Shown piece by piece: positions 16,323 through 23,820 of a DNA stretch of 32,000 nt. The stretch lies in contig NZ_CP147990.1 in NCBI RefSeq assembly GCF_037902255.1, forward strand, positions 3,300,001 to 3,332,000, read 5' to 3'. The notes under the pieces were generated by a model that did not search any database, was not told where the DNA came from, and saw only the letters and a list, made by a program, of their open reading frames with translations. The translations under genes were made by a program, and so were the position numbers. Positions within the stretch are counted from its first letter, which is position 1, and each line of letters begins with the position of its first letter. Origin of the DNA: Candidatus Electrothrix sp. GW3-4 (GTDB lineage Bacteria; Desulfobacterota; Desulfobulbia; Desulfobulbales; Desulfobulbaceae).

Positions 16323-17400
16323 CGTTTTTATCAGTCATTCTTCGCAAAGCAGTACTGCGGCTACAACGATCGTTCATCAGCTTGAACAAAACGATATCCA
16401 TTGCTGGCTAGCACCTCGGGACCTGGACCCTGGCAGTGAATGGGCAGAGGGAATCATTGACGGCATTGAGGGATGCCCTGTATTTCTGCTCCTCCTCTGC
16501 CCCCATGCCAACAGCTCTCCGCAGGTCCTCCGGGAAGTGGAGCGTGCTGTCAGCAAAAAGAAGCCTATTATCCCGGTCATGCTGGGCAACTTCACCCTGT
16601 CAAAATCCCTGGAATACTTCATCAGCAGCCATCATTGGCTGGAGTTTTCTCCGAAGACCGCCCGCAACAACACCAAAATACTTATTGATGTTATCCATAA
16701 AAAGCTCTCAAACCAAGATCGTGTCCCATCTTCATCACCTCAGGAGGCCCCACCAAACACGCACAACAGGCCAGCTTTTTTTGCTCGCAAAAGAGCAGTC
16801 TTGCCCCTTATTGCTCTCCTTTTTCTTCTGCTGAGCTGGCTCTTTTTTCATTTCTTCCGGCATCATTTTGAATCACCTGCCCCGCCCCCTACTGTGCCGA
16901 AGACAACAACACAAGCACTTGATCACTCCACCCAAGCAACAATCTCTGAAGAAAATCTCGGACCGGACGTTGTTTCTGGAGAAGTTTTCGGGATACCGAA
17001 TGGCAACGTTGTGAAAGCACGTATTCACGGCAAAGAAAGAGAGCTTCGCCTGTACGGCACAGATGCCCCCGCGCCTCAACAGGAGTACAATGAAGAAGCG
17101 CGAGCCTTCCTTGAACAACTGATTATTGACAACCGCATTCGTGCCACCTTACTTGGAAAAGACGACCGAGGACACACAGAGGCTATCATCAGTAGCGGAG
17201 AAGCACTCCTCAACAAGGAAATGATCCGGGCAGGATATGCCTGGAAAAATACCAAGCATTGCCAGAAAGAACCTTTATGTTCCGAAATGGGCAAACTTGA
17301 ACAGAAAGCACGGGCTCAACGCCTGGGACTCTGGCAGGGAGACAACCCTATCCCGCCTTGGGAATGGCCCAGCCATCAGAAACTTTTACAAAAACAATGA
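16312..17400 (+). CDS. TIR domain - single transmembrane helix - SNase (thermonuclease)-like domain protein
   Basis: 362-aa ORF overlapping the previous gene by 11 nt. TIR_2-type 'DVFISHS' and 'SSPQVLREVERA' (putative catalytic Glu). TM helix 'AVLPLIALLFLLLSWLFFHFF' at aa ~162-182. C-terminal SNase-like 'RLYGTDAPAP...DDRGHTEAI...EQKARAQRLGLW'. Confidence 0.8.
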   Translation: MDHDVFISHSSQSSTAATTIVHQLEQNDIHCWLAPRDLDPGSEWAEGIIDGIEGCPVFLLLLCPHANSSPQVLREVERAVSKKKPIIPVMLGNFTLSKSLEYFISSHHWLEFSPKTARNNTKILIDVIHKKLSNQDRVPSSSPQEAPPNTHNRPAFFARKRAVLPLIALLFLLLSWLFFHFFRHHFESPAPPPTVPKTTTQALDHSTQATISEENLGPDVVSGEVFGIPNGNVVKARIHGKERELRLYGTDAPAPQQEYNEEARAFLEQLIIDNRIRATLLGKDDRGHTEAIISSGEALLNKEMIRAGYAWKNTKHCQKEPLCSEMGKLEQKARAQRLGLWQGDNPIPPWEWPSHQKLLQKQ

Positions 17401-17500
17401 GAACATCTTTTGAAGACCTGAAAAACAGAGCGACATAGCCTTGGGTGATGCCCACAGAGTAGCTTGCCCAGTTCATGAAAAATACGGGATAACTTTTTAA

Positions 17501-17545
17501 GGTCACGGTACGCCGTGCCCCAACGAAATTACCATTAACACAATA
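17501..17545. repeat. REP-like element related (opposite orientation) to 5209-5260
   Basis: The sequence ggtcacggtacgccgtgccccaacgaaattaccattaacac resembles the reverse complement of ggtgttatgtaatcggttggggcacggc at 5209. Confidence 0.5.
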
Positions 17546-17547
17546 CC

Positions 17548-17880
17548 ATGCACGAACTCTCCGTCACCCAAAGCATCCTTGATATCGTCCTGCAACACGC
17601 CAAAGGGAGAAAGGTCCAGCAGGTCAACCTGGTGATCGGACAGTTCTCATCCATTGTCGATGATTCCGTGCAATTCTATTGGGATATTATCGCCAAGGAG
17701 ACCTTGGCAGCAGAGGCAAAACTCCATTTTGAACGCATCCCTGGCGAGATGACCTGTAATAGCTGCGGCCACGTCTTTCATCCCGGTAGCGAAACCTTCC
17801 TCTGCCCGTCCTGCGAAAGCAACGCTGTACGGGTCAGCGGGGGCCAGGAATTTCAGGTGGACAGCATTGACGTTGAATAA
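17548..17880 (+). CDS. hypA: Hydrogenase nickel-incorporation protein HypA
   Basis: 110-aa ORF. It starts 'MHELS' and carries the zinc site 'CNSCGH...CPSCES'. Confidence 0.9.
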   Translation: MHELSVTQSILDIVLQHAKGRKVQQVNLVIGQFSSIVDDSVQFYWDIIAKETLAAEAKLHFERIPGEMTCNSCGHVFHPGSETFLCPSCESNAVRVSGGQEFQVDSIDVE

Positions 17881-17985
17881 CTCAAAAAAAAATGGTCAAC
17901 TGAGCAAGGCACTGACCAACTTTAATTTCTTGCTTTCTCAACCCTATTGGACCGAGAGAGCAGTTTATCGGAGAGATGAAATATT

Positions 17986-18696
17986 ATGTGCGATGGTCAT
18001 AATCACAGTCACCCTACTCATACCCATACAACAACACGGGTTCCTGTGGCAGAACAGATCCTGTCTGCCAATGACAGGATCGCCCAACGTAACCACAGCC
18101 TGCTGCATCAGAAAAAAGTGTACGGTATCAACATCATGGCCTCTCCTGGCGCAGGCAAGACCAGTGTCCTGCTCAAGACCTTGGAGGCTCTCAAGGGACG
18201 GCTGCGGCTCGGCGTCATTGAAGGCGACCCGGCAGGCTCCATTGATACAGAGCGGGCTCTTGCAGCAGGAATGCCTGCGGTCCAGATCAACACCGGCGGG
18301 GAATGCCATCTGGATGCGGTGATGATGGAAGATGCCCTCAGCCAGCTGCCCCTGGATGATCTTGATCTGGTGGTGGTGGAAAACGTGGGTAACCTGATCT
18401 GCCCAGCCAATTTCCGGCTCGGTACCCATCTCAATCTGGTGATTGCCTCCATCCCGGAGGGAGATGATAAGCCCTATAAATATCCGGGCATGTACATGGG
18501 CATGCAGGCCCTGATCATTAACAAAATTGACCTCCTGCCCTATGTCCCCTTTGATATGGAGTATTTCCACCAGGGCGTTGAGGTGCTTAATCCCGGCATT
18601 GCCACCTTTCCGCTTTCCTGCCGGACCGGTGAGGGCCTGGATGCCTGGGCAGACTGGCTGGTTGAACAAGCACGTGCGGAGATCATACCCAGATAA
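17986..18696 (+). CDS. hypB: Hydrogenase maturation GTPase HypB
   Basis: 236-aa ORF. His-rich N-terminus 'MCDGHNHSHPTHTH', P-loop 'SPGAGKTS', 'ENVGNLICP' and 'NKIDL'. Confidence 0.9.
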   Translation: MCDGHNHSHPTHTHTTTRVPVAEQILSANDRIAQRNHSLLHQKKVYGINIMASPGAGKTSVLLKTLEALKGRLRLGVIEGDPAGSIDTERALAAGMPAVQINTGGECHLDAVMMEDALSQLPLDDLDLVVVENVGNLICPANFRLGTHLNLVIASIPEGDDKPYKYPGMYMGMQALIINKIDLLPYVPFDMEYFHQGVEVLNPGIATFPLSCRTGEGLDAWADWLVEQARAEIIPR

Positions 18697-21106
18697 TGTT
18701 CGTCCGGGTACAGGGGCTGGTGCAGGCCGTGGGGTTCCGCCCCTTTGTCTACGGTCTGGCCACAGACTTAGGACTCTGTGGCTGGGTGCGTAACACCTCT
18801 GCTGAGGTGGAGATTCTCCTTCAGGGGCAGAACGGGGCTATTAAAGATTTTCTCGCCCGCCTGAAGCAGGATGCACCCGCACTGGCCCGCATTGATGCCA
18901 TCTCCACCGAACCGGGTTCCTCGGCGAAACGACAGACAGAGCGGTATAGGGAGTTCACGATCCTGCCCTCCGAGGAACAGAAGGGCAAAAGGCAAGGCGT
19001 ACAACCCATAGCCCCGGATGCGGCCCTCTGTTCTGACTGTGAACAAGAGCTGCTGGATCCCGCTGACAGGCGTTATCTCTACCCCTTTATCAGCTGCACC
19101 AACTGCGGCCCACGTTTTACCATCATCCAGGATCTGCCTGTGGACCGCCAACGTACGGTCATGCAGGCCTTTCCCCTCTGTCCGACCTGTCAGACGGAAT
19201 ACGAGAACCCACTGGACCGCCGCTTCCATGCCCAGGCCTCGGCCTGCCCGGTGTGTGGGCCGCACCTAACCCTATATGGGAGGAAAACCGGGCAGGCACG
19301 GGGACCTGCCCCTACAGATCTAGATCTGGATGCCCTGCTCACCGCCCGTCGCCTTTTACACGAAGGCAAGATCATCGCCATAAAGGGGCTAGGTGGCTTT
19401 CATCTGGCCTGTGATGCGGAAAACCCTACTGCGGTCGCCGAGCTTCGTCACCGCAAAAATCGCCCAGATAAGCCCTTTGCCCTCATGGCAGCGGATCTGG
19501 AACAGATCAAGAACATCTGTCAGGTCAGCGATGCAGAGGCGGCACTCCTTCAAGGGTCGGAGAAGCCTATTGTCCTCTTGAAAAAAAATACGTAGGGGCA
19601 GGCCCCTGTGCCTGCCCGGTCTGTAGGGGCACGACGCGCCGTGCCCCTACTATTACCTCCAATGTTGCCCCAAACCTGGACCGGCTAGGCTGCATGCTCC
19701 CCTATACCCCGCTCCACCTGCTCCTGCTCAACCAAACAGACCCCGTTCTTGCCCATGAACCTGCCCCGGCCCTGCTGGTGATGACCAGCGGCAACCGCAG
19801 CGGTGAACCCATTTGCACGGAAAACGAGGAGGCCTTGACCCGGCTGGCTCCCCTGGCTGATGCCCTGCTCCTTCATGATCGGCCCATCCATAGTCGCTGC
19901 GATGACTCGGTGCTGCGGATAGACAGAGAAAACCGCACAGCCCTTTTTCTCCGCAGGAGCCGGGGCTATGCCCCCTATCCGGTCCAGCTCCCTTTTCCAG
20001 TCGAACACATACTTGCGGTGGGAGGTCAGCTCAAGAATACCTTTTGCTTAGCCGAAGGGACGCAGGCCTTTCTCAGTCAGCATATCGGCGATATGGACGA
20101 AGCAGCAACCTCTGCCGCCTTTGCAGCAAGCGTGCAGCAGGTCAGCCAGCTCTTCCGCATCCAACCGCAGTACATCGCCCATGACCTCCACCCGCAATAC
20201 TTCACCAGCCGCTATGCCCAGACAGAATCCCAACTAAACGGCCTACCCTGCCTGGCGGTCCAGCATCACCATGCTCATATCGCAGCCTGCATGGCGGATA
20301 ATGGTCTGGAAGATAGAAAGCTCATTGGCCTTGCCTTTGACGGCACCGGCTTCGGCCCGGACGGCACGATCTGGGGTGGCGAGGTTCTGATTACCTCATA
20401 TACCAAGTTTGAGCGCTTTGCCCATCTCCAATACTTTCCTTTGCCCGGAGGTGAAGCCGCCATCCGTCAACCCTGGCGCATCGCGGTCGGTGCAGCCCAT
20501 GCCCTTGGTATAGCAAGTACAGAGCTTGACGACCTGCCCTTTCTCGATCATATTGAGCCCCAGGCCCTGACCATTATCCGGCAGCAGGTGGACAAACAGA
20601 TCAATTGCCCTCAGACCTCTTCGTTAGGACGACTCTTTGATGCCGCAGCCAGCCTGATCGGCATCCGCAATCAGATCAGTTATGAGGCCCAGGCTGCCAT
20701 TGAGCTGGAGGTGCTGAGCAAACCGTACTTGGACTCAGCTACGCCCTGCACACCTTACCCCTTCTCCCTTGCGCAAACGGAAAGAGTTGTTCCCTTGCAG
20801 GGGCTGTTCCGGGCTATGTTAGAAGATGTCCGCAGGCAGGAACCAGTCGGCCTGATCGGGACCAGACTCCACCAAACCATTGCCCAGCTCGCCATCACCC
20901 TCTGCCTCCAGGCCCAAGCCCTAACCGACCTCCAGGAGGTGGCCCTGTCCGGCGGGGTCTGGCAGAACCAGCTCCTCCTGGACCTGGTCCGCAACGGTTT
21001 AGAAAAACACGGTCTGACCGTCTATTGCCACCAGCAGGTACCCTGCAATGACGGTGGCCTTGCTTTGGGTCAACTTGCTGTGGCCTATCATCAAATAATA
21101 ACCTGA
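18696..21106 (+). pseudogene. hypF: Carbamoyltransferase HypF, interrupted by a 59-bp insertion (two ORFs: 18696-19595 and 19694-21106)
   Basis: All expected parts are present: acylphosphatase-like 'VQAVGFRPFVYGLA', four CxxC zinc motifs, the YrdC-like 'GKIIAIKGLGGFHLACD', and after the break 'MLPYTPLHLLLL...' with the Kae1-like domain. Deleting 19592-19650 restores one frame (…PIVLLKKNTITSNVAPNLDRLGCMLPYTPLH…). Confidence 0.85.
19592..19650. mobile_element. 59-bp MITE/REP-like palindromic insertion inside hypF
   Basis: The element is GTAGGGGCAggcccctgtgcctgcccggtctgtaggggcacgacgcgccgTGCCCCTAC. It has 9-bp terminal inverted repeats and two internal hairpins (gggcaggc/gcctgccc and gtaggggcacg/cgtgcccctac). 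'tac' occurs both just before the element and at its end. Its length is 2 mod 3, and it introduces a TAG at 19593. Confidence 0.75.
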
Positions 21107-21113
21107 GAACCCC

Positions 21114-21356
21114 ATGTGTCTTGCTATCCCAGGAAAACTCACAGAAATATATCAAAAGGATACGCTCCGTATGGCCAAGATCGACTTCGGCGGCATAGCC
21201 AAGGAGATCTGCCTGGAATTTGTCCCTGAAGCGGAATTAGGCGATTACGCCCTGGTTCATGCGGGCTTTGCCATCAGCCTGATGAACGAGACTGAGGCCC
21301 AGGAAAATATCCAACTGATCCAGGAGGTCTCGCGCTTTGACGATGAAGTATCTTGA
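21114..21356 (+). CDS. hypC: Hydrogenase assembly chaperone HypC
   Basis: 80-aa ORF with the N-terminal 'MCLAIPG' signature. Confidence 0.9.
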   Translation: MCLAIPGKLTEIYQKDTLRMAKIDFGGIAKEICLEFVPEAELGDYALVHAGFAISLMNETEAQENIQLIQEVSRFDDEVS

Positions 21357-22423
21357 CGAATACCGCGACCCGGCCCAGGTCAAGGCTCTGCTCCAAAAAT
21401 TGAGGAGTGTGTCAGCCAGCACTGGGTGATCATGGAAATCTGCGGTGGACAGACCCACTCCTTTCTTCGCCACGGCTTAGATGCCCTCCTGCCCTCCCAG
21501 ATTGAGTTGGTCCACGGCCCAGGTTGCCCGGTCTGTGTGACCCCGCTGGAGCAGATCGACAAGGCCATTGCCATTGCCTCCCGCCCCGAGGTCATCTTCA
21601 CCTCCTATGGTGACATGCTCCGGGTGCCGGGTTCCAGCACGGATCTCTTTTCCGTACGCGCCAAGGGTGGCGACGTGCGAGTGGTCTACTCGCCCCTGGA
21701 GGCAGTGCAGCTGGCCGAGGCCCATCCTGACAAGGAGGTAGTCTTCTTTGCCATCGGCTTTGAAACCACGGCCCCGGCCAATGCAATGGCCGTCCTGCTG
21801 GTCCAGCGGAAGGGAATCACCAATTTCTCCATCATCACGGCCCAGGTTCGGGTACCACCGGCAATAGAGGCCATTCTCCAGGCCGAGTCCTGCCGGGTCC
21901 AGGGCTTTCTGGCGGCCGGGCATGTCTGTGCGGTCATGGGCTTTCACGAATATCTCCCCATTACCGAGATCTTCCAGATCCCCATCGTGGTCACAGGTTT
22001 CGAGCCCATTGATCTGCTCCAGGGCCTGTACGCGACAATCAGGCAGTTGGAAGCAGGTCAGGCTCAGGTGGAAAACCAGTACCAACGCGCGGTCAGCCAG
22101 CAGGGAAATACAGCGGCCCAACAGAGCATCCAGCAGGCCTTTCAACCTGTCGACCGGAAATGGCGTGGCATCGGCACCATTCCCAAAAGTGGCTGGGGCC
22201 TGCGCCCGGAGCTGGCCACCTTTGATGCAGAACTGAAATTCGAGGTCCAGAACCTCCTCAGCCAGGAATCACCCCTCTGCATTGCAGGTGAGATCCTCCA
22301 GGGCCTGAAAAAACCGTGGCATGCCCTGCCTTTGGCAAAGAATGTACCCCGCAAAACCCGCTGGGTGCCCCTATGGTCTCCTCGGAAGGGGCCTGCGCGG
22401 CCTATTACAGGTACCATCGATAA
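21343..22423 (+). pseudogene. hypD: Hydrogenase maturation protein HypD, two frameshifts as written
   Basis: Three frame segments. (1) N-terminus 'MKYLDEYRDPAQVKALLQKLRSV' from ATG 21343, overlapping the hypC stop, ends at TGA 21427. (2) The core 'IMEICGGQTH...GPGCPVCV...GFETTAP' is in the frame of 21426. (3) The genuine C-terminus '[35 protein letters not shown]' is in a third frame ending at 22423. Confidence 0.85.
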
Positions 22424-22496
22424 AATATCGTTGGATATAGAAAGCCCATCCCCCCAAGGGAGGGACAATAATTATAACAAGAACCAGGAATTGTGG

Positions 22497-22566
22497 GGGT
22501 AAACCTGTGTGTTTACCCTTGCCACCACCCAGAAAATAAAGGGCAGACACATAGGTTTGCCCCTAC
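22497..22566. repeat. REP-like hairpin pair in the hypD-hypE spacer
   Basis: First hairpin: gggtaaac-ctgtgt-gtttaccc, an 8-bp perfect stem. Second: gggcagacacataggtttgcccctac, which is homologous to 5316-5343 and to the left half of the hypF insert. Confidence 0.6.
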
Positions 22567-22577
22567 AATTGACGACC

Positions 22578-23642
22578 ATGAATAAGCCTGATTTTGCAGG
22601 TGCTGCCTGCCCTACCCCGCATCAACCAAAAGAAACCGTCCTGCTCGGGCACGGCTCTGGTGGCACCCTGAGTCGGGAGCTGATTGAGCAGGTCTTTCTC
22701 CCGGAGCTGGGAGCGGTGGCCCCGCGCAGCTTGGACGATGCCGCAATCATTGAGACGACGGGACAAGAGCAGGGACAACGCCTAGCCCTGAGCACAGACT
22801 CCCATGTAGTGGAACCGCTCTTCTTTCCCGGCGGGGATATCGGTCATCTGGCCGTCTGCGGGACCGTCAATGACCTGGCTATGGTGGGGGCAAGGCCCCT
22901 GGCCCTGACCTGCGGTTTTATCCTGGAAGAAGGCCTGCCCTTTGCCACTCTCCGGCAGGTGCTGACCTCCATGCGGGTCGCTGCTGAGGAGGCTGGTATC
23001 TACCTTGCTGCGGGCGACACCAAGGTGGTGCAGCGCGGCAGTGCTGATAAGATGTTCATCAATACCTCCGGGGTCGGCGTGGTAGATCAGGGCGTACAGA
23101 TCTCCGGGGCCAATGCCCGACCAGGAGATGTGATCATCTTGTCCGGCACCCTGGGCGATCACGGTATCACCGTGCTGGCGGCCCGCGAGGGACTGGGCTT
23201 TGAGACCGATCTGGCAAGCGATGCAGCTCCGCTCAACCATCTGGTCCAGGCCATGCTGGCAGCCGGGACAATCCATGTGCTCCGCGACCCCACCCGAGGT
23301 GGTCTGGCAACTTCCCTGGTGGAGATCTCCGAGCAATCCCAGGTCAGCCTGCTGATTGAAGAGGACAAGCTCCCGGTGAAACCTGCTGTCCGGGCGGCCT
23401 GCGAGATGCTGGGCTTTGATCCGCTCTTTATCGCCAATGAGGGCAAGCTGGTCGCCTTTGTGCCGCCAGAGGATGCCGAGACCGTGCTGGCAACCATGCG
23501 GAAGACCCGGTACGGGGAAGATGCCGCGATTATCGGCAGGGTGCTTGATGCGGGCAAGGCCCAGGCCCAGCTGCAAACAGCCATCGGCGGCACCCGGCTG
23601 CTGGATATGCTGCCGGGCGAGCTCTTGCCAAGGATTTGTTGA
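22578..23642 (+). CDS. hypE: Hydrogenase expression/formation protein HypE
   Basis: It starts at 'MNKPDFAGAACP', carries 'LLGHGSGG' and PurM-like repeats, and ends with the canonical 'PRIC'. The track ORF starts 69 nt earlier, inside the REP element. Confidence 0.85.
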   Translation: MNKPDFAGAACPTPHQPKETVLLGHGSGGTLSRELIEQVFLPELGAVAPRSLDDAAIIETTGQEQGQRLALSTDSHVVEPLFFPGGDIGHLAVCGTVNDLAMVGARPLALTCGFILEEGLPFATLRQVLTSMRVAAEEAGIYLAAGDTKVVQRGSADKMFINTSGVGVVDQGVQISGANARPGDVIILSGTLGDHGITVLAAREGLGFETDLASDAAPLNHLVQAMLAAGTIHVLRDPTRGGLATSLVEISEQSQVSLLIEEDKLPVKPAVRAACEMLGFDPLFIANEGKLVAFVPPEDAETVLATMRKTRYGEDAAIIGRVLDAGKAQAQLQTAIGGTRLLDMLPGELLPRIC

Positions 23643-23820
23643 ATCAGAGTCATGCGCTATACTGCTTGATACAGCAACAGCTTCCACAGCTTTCCTCTCC
23701 ACTGGTATTTTTCCTTTGAACTCCCTCAGATAAAGTGCTTTACTAGATTTATCAATCCCCTTTTTACTCCAAAGCCGAAAAAAAAACCGATTCAATCAAC
23801 CCTGCTGCGGAAGCTCACCC

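Noticed and set aside
17965-18669. 234-aa minus-strand ORF
   Set aside because: It is antisense to hypB, whose motifs are unambiguous.
19596-19693. Intein, intron or programmed recoding as the explanation for the split hypF
   Set aside because: The intervening sequence is only 59 nt and has no intein or intron features. It is a member of an intergenic palindromic repeat family and introduces a stop plus a frame change. A simple insertion is the parsimonious reading.
21400-22320. Programmed ribosomal frameshifting in hypD (and in the YHS-2, cusB and cusA genes)
   Set aside because: No conserved slippery heptamer plus downstream structure is evident at the sites. The shifts are of mixed sign, are scattered over unrelated genes, and mostly sit in plain homopolymers. 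Mutation or sequencing error is far more likely.
21477-23795. Long minus-strand ORFs (21477-22145, 222 aa; 22782-23795, 337 aa; 23159-23653, 164 aa)
   Set aside because: They are antisense to hypD and hypE. They are shadow ORFs of GC-rich genes with no motifs.
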